Positions 18,697-28,676 are shown, numbered from the stretch's first letter. The stretch is DNA of 64,000 bases from Ruminococcaceae bacterium UBA5413 (GCA_002409585.1 DHNP01000017.1:56468-120467); one strand, 5' to 3'. Translations and numbers: made by a program. Notes: generated by a model not told the origin, from the letters alone.

Positions 18697-18750
18697 AGTT
18701 CGGGGCTTACGCAAAGCTGCTCACTGATTAAAATTAAAGGGTTTGATACT

Positions 18751-19833
18751 GTGAAAAAAAGTAAACTTGTCATACTGCGCAACGCTGCCATACTGGTTTT
18801 GAGCCTTATAATGCTTGTGGCCGGCATAGGGTGCCTTTACGCCGACAACCTGCTTAACAAGATAAACTATGTTTCACCGGACGATTCTTCAAAGGTAAAG
18901 ACAGGCTCCCTTTTCGCCGACGACAGCGCCGCCGGCACGGGCAATGAAAAAGCGGGCACGGTTGGCGGGCTTTACCATGACGATGCCATAACGAACATAC
19001 TGCTTTTAGGGGTGGACGATTACCAGAAAAACGACAGCGGGAGAAGCGACAGCATGATGCTTGTTTCTGTTGACACGCGCCATCAAAAGCTGAAGGTGAC
19101 GTCGTTTTTGCGCGACACGTACCTTGCCATACCAGGCATAGGCAGCAATAAGCTCACAAACGCGTACAGCTTAGGCGGCGGAAAAGTAAAAGGCGCCAAA
19201 AAGATAGTTTCAACTATTGAGGCAAATTTCGGTACGGACATAGACCGCTTCGTTATAATAGATTTTAACGCTTTTGTAAAAATAATCGACCGGCTCGGCG
19301 GCGTTACCATAACCCTTACAACGAAAACGGATTCGCGGGGCCGCACGGAAGCCGACCTTATAAACCTTTACTCGGGCGATAAAAACAAAGTGCATAACGG
19401 CGTTAACAACCTGAGCGGCAAGCAGGCAAGGTACTACGCGCGCATAAGGGCTATAGGCGACGACTACGGGCGCACTGAGCGCCAGCGCAAAATCTTTTCA
19501 AGCCTTGTGGGCAAGCTTAAAAGTTCAAGCATAACGGATATTTACGGTATATTGGCCGACACGCTTTCGCTTGTTACTACCAATATGACAAAGGGTGAAG
19601 TTACGTCCATGGCTTCTAACTCGCTCACTTACCTTAACTATCCGGTAACGCAGAGCCGTATTCCCGCAGACGGCGAATATACACCGAGTGACAATGTGAT
19701 TATTGCCGGCAAAAAAAGCGATGTCCTGATTCCAGACTTAGCTAAATGCAAAAAAACACTTGCTGATTTTATTTTCGAAAATGATATACCGAGCGAGGTA
19801 TATGACGACACATCCGCGTCTGCCGCCGGATAA
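18751..19833 (+). CDS. LCP (LytR-CpsA-Psr) family cell-wall polymer ligase
   Basis: N-terminal TM, NILLLGVD, GRSDSMML, RDTY, KLTNAY and DYGRTERQR motifs. Confidence 0.92.
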   Translation: MKKSKLVILRNAAILVLSLIMLVAGIGCLYADNLLNKINYVSPDDSSKVKTGSLFADDSAAGTGNEKAGTVGGLYHDDAITNILLLGVDDYQKNDSGRSDSMMLVSVDTRHQKLKVTSFLRDTYLAIPGIGSNKLTNAYSLGGGKVKGAKKIVSTIEANFGTDIDRFVIIDFNAFVKIIDRLGGVTITLTTKTDSRGRTEADLINLYSGDKNKVHNGVNNLSGKQARYYARIRAIGDDYGRTERQRKIFSSLVGKLKSSSITDIYGILADTLSLVTTNMTKGEVTSMASNSLTYLNYPVTQSRIPADGEYTPSDNVIIAGKKSDVLIPDLAKCKKTLADFIFENDIPSEVYDDTSASAAG

Positions 19834-19887
19834 TATTTTATAACAGGCGTTAATAAATGCAAATGCGCCGCGCGGCGTATTAAAAAA

Positions 19888-19935
19888 CACCCCTTTAGTT
19901 ATCACAGTATAGCATACTGCCTGACTAAAGGGGTG
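19888..19935. terminator. Long hairpin between the convergent LCP and ispA genes
   Basis: Perfect 12-bp arms CACCCCTTTAGT/ACTAAAGGGGTG enclosing an inner CAGTAT/ATACTG stem. Confidence 0.65.
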
Positions 19936-19966
19936 CGCTGCAGTTAGGGCTTATGGCATTTTTATA

Positions 19967-20854
19967 TCAGTTTTTTCTGTTTGCAAGCCGCCCTGCAAAA
20001 TTTTTAAGGTACTGCCCGTCTTTACCGAATACGTCAAGTGCCGAAACAGCCGTTCCGGTAAGCTCCCTGACGGCTTCTTGCGCTTTTTCCATACCCATTG
20101 TCGAAACGTAAGTGCTTTTGCCCTTTTCGGCGTCGCTGCCGACGGGCTTGCCTAGGGCTTCCTCATTTGCCGAAACGTCAAGTATATCGTCGACTATCTG
20201 GAAGGATATGCCGACTGCTTTGGAGAAGGTAACGGCGGCGGCGGTCTGCTTTTCATCAGCTCCGGCGAGAATGCATCCCATCTTTGCCGCAGCCAGTATA
20301 AGGGCGCCGGTTTTGCACTCGTCCATTTTGAGCAGCATGTCGGCTGAAATGCTCTGCCCTTCGCTTTCGAGGTCTATTTCCTGGCCGCCGGCCATACCGT
20401 AAGCGCCTGCCGCTTTTGCAAGCGTCCCCGCGGCGGCGGCCGCTTTTTCGGCTCCGGCATTGTTTATGCTTTCTTCGGAGAGCATGGTTTCAAAAGCGGC
20501 GGTCAGAAGGGCGTCGCCCGCGAGCAAGGCCTGTGCCTCACCGAAAACAACGTGGTTTGAGGGCCTGCCGCGCCTCATGCCGTCGTCGTCCATGCATGGC
20601 AGGTCGTCGTGTATGAGCGAGTACGTATGCACCATCTCAAGCGCGCACGCGAAAGGCAGCGCGGCCTCCTGGTCGCCGCCGCACAGGCCGCAGAACTCAA
20701 GCAGCAGTACGGGGCGGATCCTTTTCCCGCCTGCAAGGAGGCTGTAACGCATTGCATTAAAAAGTTTTTGCTGGGGCAATGCTTTCTCAGGAACATATTC
20801 AGCGAGTGATGTTTCTATTGCTTTAACGTAATCTTCCCTTTTAATCCTGCCCAT
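19967..20854 (-). CDS. ispA: Geranyltranstransferase / farnesyl diphosphate synthase
   Basis: GGKRIRP, HDDLPCMDDD, RRGRPSNH, FQIVDDILD and KSTY motifs. Confidence 0.95.
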   Translation of the reverse strand: MGRIKREDYVKAIETSLAEYVPEKALPQQKLFNAMRYSLLAGGKRIRPVLLLEFCGLCGGDQEAALPFACALEMVHTYSLIHDDLPCMDDDGMRRGRPSNHVVFGEAQALLAGDALLTAAFETMLSEESINNAGAEKAAAAAGTLAKAAGAYGMAGGQEIDLESEGQSISADMLLKMDECKTGALILAAAKMGCILAGADEKQTAAAVTFSKAVGISFQIVDDILDVSANEEALGKPVGSDAEKGKSTYVSTMGMEKAQEAVRELTGTAVSALDVFGKDGQYLKNFAGRLANRKN

Positions 20855-21053
20855 CTTTTTTCTCCTCAACAGCAGTAAGCTCTGTTATTTTCTGCTCGGC
20901 GGAAGAAAGCTTTTTGTAGCAGAACGATGCGAGCGCCGTCCCTTCTTCAAAAAGCTTAAGCGAGCCTTCAAGGGTTTCTTCCCCGCCCTCGAGCTTTTCA
21001 ACTATTGCGCCGAGCTTTTCCGCCGCGTCTTCAAAAGTCATCTTCTTATTCAT
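20841..21053 (-). CDS. xseB: Exodeoxyribonuclease VII small subunit
   Basis: MTFEDAAEKL...LEGSLKLFEEG, positioned between xseA and ispA. Confidence 0.93.
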   Translation of the reverse strand: MNKKMTFEDAAEKLGAIVEKLEGGEETLEGSLKLFEEGTALASFCYKKLSSAEQKITELTAVEEKKDGQD

Positions 21054-22302
21054 ACTTTTCCGCCTCCGATGCAAAACTGTTTTTTACGGACCTTTTCACT
21101 GCCTTACTGTTTACGGTGCAGCCTAACTCGCCGTCAGACATTTTTACCGTAATTTTGTCGCCGGTGCCTATGCCTTCAACACTGCTTAAGGATTTGCCGT
21201 TCCTGCCGTAGACGGCGGCGTACCCACGCCCAAGTACCGAAAGAGGGCTTAAGGAGTTGAGCCTTAAGCCGGTTTCGGACAAAAGTGCACGGCTTTTTGA
21301 CATTTTATCTTTTACGGCTTTATTGAGCCTGCTTACGGTGCCGTCAAGGTTTATTCTGCGCGTTTCTACTGCCCCGAGGGGGTTTGTAAACACGCGGCTT
21401 TTCATAAAACCGTCTATTCTTTCCTTTGAGGAGCCTGTCTTTGCGGACATAGCCCTTAACATCCTGTCTTTCTGGTAAAGGACAGAGTAAAGAAGCTCGG
21501 CCGCGTCGGGTACGGCAAGCTCCGCGGCGGCCGACGGCGTCGGCGCGCGCAGGTCTGCCGCAAAGTCACATATGGTGAAGTCCGTTTCATGGCCTACGGC
21601 GGAAATGATGGGTATGCGCGACGCGGCTACCGCCCGCGCAACGCTTTCCTCGTTAAACGCCCATAAATCCTCTATGGAACCGCCGCCGCGGCCGAGTATA
21701 ATTACGTCCGCGCAGCCAGCGCGGTTAAAGCGCCCGATGGCGTCCGTTATCTGCGGGGCGGCGTTTTCCCCCTGTACAAGCACGGGGCAGAAGATTATAC
21801 GGGCGGCGGGATACCTGCGGCCGAGTACGGTTATTATGTCGTGTACGGCAGCACCGGTGGGTGAGGTTATAACGCCTATTTTTTCGGGAAAACGCGGTAT
21901 TGGTTTTTTGCGTTCGGCGGCAAAAAGCCCCTCTTTTTCAAGCTTGTTTTTAAGCTGCTCAAACGCAAGGCTGAGGGCGCCTATGCCTTCGGGCTGCATG
22001 TCCTCTATATACAGCTGGTAACGGCCGGCTGCCTCGTAAACGCTGACTTTTCCGCGCGCTATGACTTTCATGCCGTCTGCCGGCCTGAACCGCAGGCGCG
22101 CGGCGTAACGTGAGAACATGACGGCGCTTACGGCGCACTTTTCGTCCTTCAGGGTAAAGTATAAATGCCCTGAACGGTAATGACCCGTAAAGTTTGATAT
22201 TTCACCGGCAATAAAAATGTTCGCGAGTTTTACGTCGCCGTCAAGCAGTGACTTTACGTACGTGTTAAGCTGCGTTACGGTAAGTACAAACGAGCCGGCC
22301 AT
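21046..22302 (-). CDS. xseA: Exodeoxyribonuclease VII large subunit
   Basis: GEISNF, GHLYFTLKD, RGGGSIEDLWAFN, AVGHETD and RAPTPSAAAE motifs. Confidence 0.96.
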   Translation of the reverse strand: MAGSFVLTVTQLNTYVKSLLDGDVKLANIFIAGEISNFTGHYRSGHLYFTLKDEKCAVSAVMFSRYAARLRFRPADGMKVIARGKVSVYEAAGRYQLYIEDMQPEGIGALSLAFEQLKNKLEKEGLFAAERKKPIPRFPEKIGVITSPTGAAVHDIITVLGRRYPAARIIFCPVLVQGENAAPQITDAIGRFNRAGCADVIILGRGGGSIEDLWAFNEESVARAVAASRIPIISAVGHETDFTICDFAADLRAPTPSAAAELAVPDAAELLYSVLYQKDRMLRAMSAKTGSSKERIDGFMKSRVFTNPLGAVETRRINLDGTVSRLNKAVKDKMSKSRALLSETGLRLNSLSPLSVLGRGYAAVYGRNGKSLSSVEGIGTGDKITVKMSDGELGCTVNSKAVKRSVKNSFASEAEKYE

Positions 22303-22304
22303 TT

Positions 22305-23234
22305 TTAAACACCGCCTTTTTTAACCGCGGCAAGCACCGCGATGCCCGCGGCATTGTCGGAAGAATACTCAGGCGCCGCGAAGAAAGCACCGTATTTTTC
22401 CGTTAATGCTTTACGTATGGCTGCATTTGAGGTAACCCCTCCGGCAAAGACAAGCGGCAGGCTGCCGAATTTTTTTATAAGCGCTTCGGACATTCCGTCC
22501 AATGCGGCAAGTACGGACTGTATGCAGTACGATGCTATATCTTCTTTTGGGAAACCTTTTGAGAGCATGGCGGCGCACCTGTTCTCTACACCGGAAAGGG
22601 AACAGTCGGCGCCTTTCATACAAGGCTTTATTTTAAATTCTGCACGGGATTTAAGCGCAAGCTTTTCAAGCTCCGCCCCGGCGGGGAACCCGAGCCCGAG
22701 CATCCTGCCGACCCTGTCAACGGCCTGCCCGCCTTTAAGGTCGAGCGACTGGGCGGCTATCTGCGTACTGATGATATTACCCGCGTCTGGCGAAACCAAA
22801 AGTGCCTCTGTCGTACCGCCCGAAACGTGGAAAGCGATAAAACGTCCGGACAAGAGGCCCAGCTTGCCGGCGGAATATAGAGCCGCCGCTATGTGCCCCT
22901 GCTGGTGTGAAAAAGTGTAAAGCGGTATCCCAAGTGAAAGTGAAACGGCCTTAGCCGCGCAGCAGCCTGCCAAAAAGCACGGCATATATGAGCCTTCCAT
23001 GCTTCGCGGCTTGTCCGAAACTCCCGCCGCCGTAAGGCTTTTGCCGCTGAAGCGCAGGCTTTCAAGCACTTCGGGCAGCTGGCGTACATGGTAAAAGACG
23101 GCATCGCTCTGCCTTAGGCCGAGCCTGCCGTGTTCCACGGGCAGCATTTTTTTTGACATATGCATTTGCCCGCCGTCAAAAAATGCGGCGGAAGTAGTGT
23201 AGTTGCTTGTATCTATGCCGAGAGTGCTAAGCAT
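22305..23234 (-). CDS. TsaD/Kae1-like (peptidase M22/ASKHA) paralog of unknown function
   Basis: LGIDTSNYTTS, SHQQGH metal motif, HVSGGTTE, GGVTSN and SSDNAAGIA. Confidence 0.75.
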   Translation of the reverse strand: MLSTLGIDTSNYTTSAAFFDGGQMHMSKKMLPVEHGRLGLRQSDAVFYHVRQLPEVLESLRFSGKSLTAAGVSDKPRSMEGSYMPCFLAGCCAAKAVSLSLGIPLYTFSHQQGHIAAALYSAGKLGLLSGRFIAFHVSGGTTEALLVSPDAGNIISTQIAAQSLDLKGGQAVDRVGRMLGLGFPAGAELEKLALKSRAEFKIKPCMKGADCSLSGVENRCAAMLSKGFPKEDIASYCIQSVLAALDGMSEALIKKFGSLPLVFAGGVTSNAAIRKALTEKYGAFFAAPEYSSDNAAGIAVLAAVKKGGV

Positions 23235-23634
23235 CCTTTTCACCGATTTCCTTTGCGGCCGAACCGAGCACGCCGTTTACAAACGGCGCATCCTCAGCCC
23301 CGCCGTACTTGCCCGCTATGAGGACGGCTTCGTTTATGGAGACGCTTACGGGGATGTCCTTTTCAAACATCATTTCGTAAAGTGCGAGCCTTAAAACGGA
23401 GAGGGTGACTTTTGAAAGGCGGGCGAAGGACCAGCCGCGTATATATTTTTTAATCATGCCGTCCAGAGCTTCCTCGTTTGCCTCTACCCCGCACGCCGTC
23501 TTTTGGGCGAAAGCGTCTATGCCGCCGTCGTAAACGCCCTCGTCACCGGCTATGTTTTCCGTAACGGTGCTTTTGTTTATGCTGCTTTCGAATATAAGCG
23601 CGAACGCCTGCTCGCGCGCCTTGTGCCTTGTCAT
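23227..23634 (-). CDS. nusB: Transcription antitermination factor NusB
   Basis: RHKAREQAF, ILRLA-like VLRLALYEM, INEAV and FVNGVL motifs. ATG at 23634 follows GGAGG. Confidence 0.95.
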   Translation of the reverse strand: MTRHKAREQAFALIFESSINKSTVTENIAGDEGVYDGGIDAFAQKTACGVEANEEALDGMIKKYIRGWSFARLSKVTLSVLRLALYEMMFEKDIPVSVSINEAVLIAGKYGGAEDAPFVNGVLGSAAKEIGEKDA

Positions 23635-23767
23635 GTTTCCCTCCGGAATGTTATTAAAATTAAAGGCCCTCCAGCGTATGTGGAAGGCCGATTTTTTATA
23701 AATTATATTTTCAAACATCCACTGAGATATTATACCACAGTTTTTTTCAAAACAACAGCATAAGCTT

Positions 23768-24343
23768 TTATTTGTTCTCTATAATCTTAATTTTGTCATA
23801 TGAAATGCCGGACTGGCCGGATATGATGTCTTTAATGATGATTGCGTCGTCCTGGGCCGTGCCCTTAGGCTCTACGACGACGGCACATTCGCCGTTTTCT
23901 ATTGAAACTATGCAGTTCGCAAAGCCCTTTGCCTTTATGAGGTTTTCTATGCTGTTTTCCTTAAGTATGTTGTCGGCTATGGCGGCTGCTTTTGTTACGG
24001 CTTCTTTTTTGGCGGTGTCGTCTGACTTTGCGTTTCCGAGCACGTCGCTTATGGTTTCTTTTGCGGCGTCCCTTGCCTTCTGCCTTGAAAGTTCGGCTTC
24101 GGCGAAGTAGTCGCTCTTACTTGTTTTCGCTGCTGCCGCCGCCTTTGACGAACCGGCCGGCTTTGAGGTTATGGCGCTGCCGGACGCGTTTACAAAAAGA
24201 GTCTGGCCGAGCTGCCTGCCCGAAGTTACCGCATCGGTCGCCGGCAGCTTTGTGCTGCCTGATAAAGCAAAGTTTAAATATACGGCCGCGCCCAGTGCGA
24301 CAACCAACGCCGCAAGTACGAGCTGCCGCTTTCCGATACTCAT
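23768..24343 (-). CDS. spoIIIAH: Stage III sporulation protein AH
   Basis: AVYLN N-terminal TM, YFAEA...R, IENLIKAKGF; last gene of the spoIIIA operon. Confidence 0.88.
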   Translation of the reverse strand: MSIGKRQLVLAALVVALGAAVYLNFALSGSTKLPATDAVTSGRQLGQTLFVNASGSAITSKPAGSSKAAAAAKTSKSDYFAEAELSRQKARDAAKETISDVLGNAKSDDTAKKEAVTKAAAIADNILKENSIENLIKAKGFANCIVSIENGECAVVVEPKGTAQDDAIIIKDIISGQSGISYDKIKIIENK

Positions 24344-24368
24344 GACCTTTATTCCCCCTGTTTAAGTT

Positions 24369-24926
24369 TTATTTTGCTTTTAAGACGCACACCCGCACTG
24401 AAGTAACGTGGAGCGCGGTCGTTACAGCGTTGACTATGTTTTGCTTTACGGCGGGGTCGTCCCCGCCGTCGCATACGACTACGACGCCTTTTATGACGGG
24501 CTGTACCTGTGTTACGGCAAGCGCGCTTTCGGAACCGTCGTCGTTTTTAACGAGGAGGTAGGTTTTTTCGCTGCTCTCTTCCGACTGGCCGCTGGCCGTC
24601 TGTCCGCTTTTTTTATCTTCCGTCGCATATATGCTTTCCTCGGTCTGCTCAAGGGTGACCATCACTTTTGCGCTGCCTGCGCCTTCTATTTGCGTTATAA
24701 TACCTGTCAGGCTGCTTTCGAGCCGCGTTTCGTATTCCTGCGCCGCGGCGCTGTACGACGGCGACTCCGAAGCGCCGGTGCTTTTTCCGCTTGGGATAAG
24801 GCTCGAGAGAAAGATAAGCAATATACCGGCAAAGCCCGCGAAAATGACTATTTTTCTGTACTTGCCGTTTTCAAGGAGCCTGCCCGCCGATGTGCTTTTT
24901 TTGTCCGCTTTTTTATCAGCCGTCAT
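24369..24926 (-). CDS. spoIIIAG: Stage III sporulation protein AG
   Basis: IEGAGSAKVMVTLE and IKGVVVVCDGGDD...AVTTAL motifs, plus operon position. Confidence 0.88.
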   Translation of the reverse strand: MTADKKADKKSTSAGRLLENGKYRKIVIFAGFAGILLIFLSSLIPSGKSTGASESPSYSAAAQEYETRLESSLTGIITQIEGAGSAKVMVTLEQTEESIYATEDKKSGQTASGQSEESSEKTYLLVKNDDGSESALAVTQVQPVIKGVVVVCDGGDDPAVKQNIVNAVTTALHVTSVRVCVLKAK

Positions 24927-25395
24927 CTGTAGCAACCTCCGCTTTAAATCCCAGTGTTTTTTCAAGGCCTGCCGAAACCCGTCCGATATCCGCGGCATTT
25001 TCTTTTCCTATGGTGACAATCACTTTATTAATTGATATGCGCCCGTCTGCGTCCGTATCCATACTAACCGAAACATTTTTGCACCTGACGTTCATGCTTT
25101 TGAGCTGTGCTGCTATAAGGTTTTTGATGCTGCTCTGCGCGGCCGTTTCCATCTGGCCTTTTACGGCGGAGTTTAAAGACGTGCTGCCGGAGGCGGTTTC
25201 GCCGCTGCTTTTGATATTCATGCTTATCTTAGGGACTGCCTTTGAGAGGGGCATGATTATGGCGCATATTATAAAAGCGCCTATGACAAACTTTGCCATG
25301 CGCTCCATGGTTCCGCTCGGCGCGAGGCTTTGCAGCAGCGCCGCCGCAAGCGCGGACATGCATATAACCGAGGCCCACTCGCGTATTTCACTCAT
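24916..25395 (-). CDS. spoIIIAF: Stage III sporulation protein AF
   Basis: Two N-terminal TMs (W...LAP...MERMAKFVIG) and operon position. Confidence 0.8.
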   Translation of the reverse strand: MSEIREWASVICMSALAAALLQSLAPSGTMERMAKFVIGAFIICAIIMPLSKAVPKISMNIKSSGETASGSTSLNSAVKGQMETAAQSSIKNLIAAQLKSMNVRCKNVSVSMDTDADGRISINKVIVTIGKENAADIGRVSAGLEKTLGFKAEVATDDG

Positions 25396-26552
25396 GATGC
25401 GCCTCCTATTATCAGCATTAAAGCAGTAGATATGATAAGCACGGTTATGCTGCACAGCAGAACGGCGAGTATGGTAGACGTAACGTCGGCCGAGGACTTC
25501 AGCAGGGACGTTACTTCGTCAAGCCCGAACATCTGGCCTATGCCGGAGCAGATGTTGAGCATTATTATCCAAAGGATACACTCTATGACTATAGGTAAAA
25601 AAATAAATATGCCCGCAAGGAGCCCGAAGGCGCACACGCCGGACTTAAGCATTTTGATGCAGCCGTTTACGGTGTTCATCGCTTCACCGAGTGCGTTGCC
25701 GACAACAGGCACAAAACTGCTGACGACAAACTTCACGGCTTTGGAGCCTGTCCTGTCTATTGATGAAGCGGCTATGGAGTGCATTGTTACAAGGCTCGTG
25801 AAAAGCGTCATGCAGAGGCCTATTATCCACTTTGCCGCTTTATTTAAGGCTGAACATATGCCGGAAAGCTTTATGCCTGGAGACACGGAAGAAACAACCG
25901 ACATGGCAAGCAGTATGTTTAGCAGAGGTACGAGAAAGTCTGCAGCCAGTACTGAAACGGCGTTGCCGGCCGTAAGCATCAGCAGGTTCCATGAGCTTGC
26001 CTGTGCAGGCTGGCCTGCCGCCACCATTATCCCCGTGACCACCGGGACGCACGCAAGCATAAACTCGGACGACCCTTTAAGTACGTTGGCGGCATCGTTT
26101 ATGCATGTGACGAGCGGCGTGACTACGACGGTGCATATGCACAGCGTGCCGACCATGCTTATGACCCCGCCGAGGGGCTGTTCCCCAAATGAGAGCTTCA
26201 TGCCGTTAAGCAGCGCGCACAGCAGGATGACGGTTATTACTTTGCAGAATACCAAAAAGGGGCTTTTAAATTTGTCGGTAAAGATATTTACCGCTTTCTC
26301 AAAAAAATTCTGCGGCGTAACCGATTTTATTTCGTTTATATCAGTGCCTGTGACGCCTATGTCCTCAAGCGAGTCCATTGTGCCGGCCGGCAGTTCTTCT
26401 TTAAGTTTGTCCGCGCCGCTTGCCTTGAGCTGCTCGCCGTAGTACTCCGCGTAAACGCCGCTTTCCGCGGAGGCCGTACTTTCCGCGTGCGCCGGAACGG
26501 CGGTAAGAAAGGCGAGAAGAAGCGCCGCGGCAGCACAAAAGATTTTTTTCAT
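25392..26552 (-). CDS. spoIIIAE: Stage III sporulation protein AE
   Basis: Polytopic membrane protein with FVPVVGNALGEA motif and operon position. Confidence 0.9.
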   Translation of the reverse strand: MKKIFCAAAALLLAFLTAVPAHAESTASAESGVYAEYYGEQLKASGADKLKEELPAGTMDSLEDIGVTGTDINEIKSVTPQNFFEKAVNIFTDKFKSPFLVFCKVITVILLCALLNGMKLSFGEQPLGGVISMVGTLCICTVVVTPLVTCINDAANVLKGSSEFMLACVPVVTGIMVAAGQPAQASSWNLLMLTAGNAVSVLAADFLVPLLNILLAMSVVSSVSPGIKLSGICSALNKAAKWIIGLCMTLFTSLVTMHSIAASSIDRTGSKAVKFVVSSFVPVVGNALGEAMNTVNGCIKMLKSGVCAFGLLAGIFIFLPIVIECILWIIMLNICSGIGQMFGLDEVTSLLKSSADVTSTILAVLLCSITVLIISTALMLIIGGAS

Positions 26553-26950
26553 CCTTTACCACCAATCAGTTCCGTAGCGGTTTTTGCAATTTCTTCGAAA
26601 AGCGGGAGGGAGATTATGACTATGAAGACCTTTCCGGCAATCTCGGTTTTCGAGGCCAGCGCATCCTCGCCGGCGTCCCTGCACGAGTCAGCCGCGAACT
26701 GCGTCAAAAAGCATATGCCGAGCGTTTTAAGCAGTATGCCGGTGTACTTTGAGGAAAGGCCGGCCGACTTTAGGAATGTGCTTATCTCCTTTACGGCGGG
26801 CATTATGTTTGCGAAGACGGCAAATAAAATGAAAAGCCCCGCCGCAATGCTAAGCACGACGGCGTACTCTGTATTGTAGCGTTTCAGCATGACGGATATT
26901 ATGGCGGTTAAAATGGCTATGCCCGCTATACCTATGATGTTCATGTTCAT
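26549..26950 (-). CDS. spoIIIAD: Stage III sporulation protein AD
   Basis: LLKTLGICFLTQFAADSCRDAGE...KTEIAGKV. Confidence 0.92.
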   Translation of the reverse strand: MNMNIIGIAGIAILTAIISVMLKRYNTEYAVVLSIAAGLFILFAVFANIMPAVKEISTFLKSAGLSSKYTGILLKTLGICFLTQFAADSCRDAGEDALASKTEIAGKVFIVIISLPLFEEIAKTATELIGGKG

Positions 26951-27141
26951 AGCCCGAATATGGATTTGATTGTTTTAAAAAGTACGCTTATCTGCTTTAC
27001 CACCATCATAAGGACTACTATAAGCCCCGCAAGCGTTGTCATAAGCGCCTGCTCCTCCCTCCCGGCGCGCGTGAGCAGCTGGTTAAGCACCGCGACTATT
27101 ATGCCTATAGCGGCTATTTTAAAGATCAGATCCACATCCAT
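26947..27141 (-). CDS. spoIIIAC: Stage III sporulation protein AC
   Basis: MDVDLIFKIAAIGIIVAVLNQLL...GREEQA. Confidence 0.93.
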   Translation of the reverse strand: MDVDLIFKIAAIGIIVAVLNQLLTRAGREEQALMTTLAGLIVVLMMVVKQISVLFKTIKSIFGL

Positions 27142-27226
27142 TTTATTTCCTCCTGCTTTTAATGCGGCCGTTGAAGGCCGCGCGGCCTTGGCTTTGCCGC
27201 CATGCGGCTTGCACCGGGGTGAAGGT

Positions 27227-27733
27227 TTAAATAAGCAGAAGCGACAGCGATATCCCCGCGAAGATGCCGAGCATTTGGTAAAGCCGCGACTTGCGTGCCT
27301 GCTCGTCTTTTGCGTTTTTCAGGTTTTCCGCAGCAAGCTGGGAGTAAAGCCGGCAGTGGGAAATCTGCCCGTTTGTGTCGCTTGTCCCGAAACCTTCGCC
27401 AAAACCGAGGAGCAGCTCGCAGTCTTTTGCGCTGAACCCTTCGTTTTCGGCTTCTGACTTAACGGCGGATATCCAGGCTTCACCGAAAGATGAGCCGTCC
27501 CTGCCGTACTTTATGCAGTCTGATAAAAAATCAAGCCCGGCGCCGTGCTTTGCGACTATCTCGTCAACGGGCGCCGCGGAGTAACGCACTTCGGCGCCGG
27601 CTGATGTTATAAATATTAAAAACCTCTCAAGCTTTTCCACTCTTAGCGCGAGCTTATGCGATTCCATATATCCCGCAAGCGTCCCCGACGCTATAAGTAT
27701 CAGCGAGCCTAAAATCTTCAGCAAGCAAATCAC
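27227..27733 (-). CDS. spoIIIAB: Stage III sporulation protein AB
   Basis: N- and C-terminal TMs, FGTSDTNGQ, LYQMLG, and operon position. Confidence 0.85.
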   Translation of the reverse strand: MICLLKILGSLILIASGTLAGYMESHKLALRVEKLERFLIFITSAGAEVRYSAAPVDEIVAKHGAGLDFLSDCIKYGRDGSSFGEAWISAVKSEAENEGFSAKDCELLLGFGEGFGTSDTNGQISHCRLYSQLAAENLKNAKDEQARKSRLYQMLGIFAGISLSLLLI

Positions 27734-28676
27734 CCGTTTTATATATACCGCTGACGGTGCCCGGCACTTTGCCGCCGAGCATGACTATATTTTCGAAGGC
27801 GCCTGTCCTGAGAAGCCCCGCCGCCTGCCGCCGCTTCAAAAGTTCCTCTATGCTTCCGGCGTGTATGCTCGCGACTACGGCGGCTCCGGCGTTGAGGCTC
27901 TGCTCTACGGCGGATGCTTCGGCCTGCGTACCGAGCTCGTCGCATACTATGAACTGCGGTGAAAGCGCGCGTATGGCCTGCATGATCCCGCCGGCCTTAG
28001 GGTACCCGTCGAGTACGTCGCAGCAAGGCCCTAAGTCGTTCTGCGGTACTCCGAGGTATGTGCCGGCAATTTCCCCGCGCTCGTCTACGACAGTCACTTT
28101 TTTGCTTTCACCGTTTTCACCGCATGAAAGCTGCCGCGCTATGTCCCTTAATATAGTCGTCTTGCCGCTCGAGGGCGCGCCGGCAAGCAGCAGGCCGCCG
28201 GAAAGGGAGCTTTTAAGCTCTGCCATGATTGCATCGGCACAGCCTATAACTTCACGCGCGACCCTTACGTTTATGGATGAAATATCTTTCATGCCGCATA
28301 CGTTCCCGTCTTTAAATACCGCCGTGCCGCATATGCCTACCCTGTGCCCGCCGTAAACCGTTATGTACCCGTTCCTGATTTCATTTTCATGGCTGTAAAC
28401 GGAGTATCCGCATATGTTTTTAAAACTTCCGTCCAAGTCCTCTTTCGTTGCCGTAAGGCATGCTTCTGCCGGGCAGCGTGTAAGCCTGCCGGACCTGCCT
28501 AAAAAATATATCCCGCCGGTACAGCACAGCGACACGGGGCGGCCTGCACGCAGGCGTATCTCCTGTGCCGAGTTTTTTACTTCAGGGGGAAGGGCGTGAA
28601 GGCAGTCTCCGATTTTTCCGCAGAGCGCGTTTGCGGCCGTGTCAAACCTTCCATTGGTTTTCAGTTCCGTTTCCAC
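27654..28676 (-). CDS. spoIIIAA: Stage III sporulation protein AA (ATPase)
   Basis: EIRLR, GGHRVGICG, GAPSSGKTT, VDERGEIAG and VCDELG motifs. GTG at 28676 follows GGAGAGG. Confidence 0.93.
   Translation of the reverse strand: METELKTNGRFDTAANALCGKIGDCLHALPPEVKNSAQEIRLRAGRPVSLCCTGGIYFLGRSGRLTRCPAEACLTATKEDLDGSFKNICGYSVYSHENEIRNGYITVYGGHRVGICGTAVFKDGNVCGMKDISSINVRVAREVIGCADAIMAELKSSLSGGLLLAGAPSSGKTTILRDIARQLSCGENGESKKVTVVDERGEIAGTYLGVPQNDLGPCCDVLDGYPKAGGIMQAIRALSPQFIVCDELGTQAEASAVEQSLNAGAAVVASIHAGSIEELLKRRQAAGLLRTGAFENIVMLGGKVPGTVSGIYKTGDLLAEDFRLADTYSVGDACGIYGIA

Noticed and set aside
25330-26442. 370-aa plus-strand ORF
   Set aside because: Antisense shadow of spoIIIAE, expected from GC-rich codon bias; the same applies to the other antisense ORFs in the track.
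27654-27733. 80-nt overlap of spoIIIAA and spoIIIAB
   Set aside because: AA C-terminal run-on into AB is plausible and both proteins look intact; there is no evidence of a frameshift.
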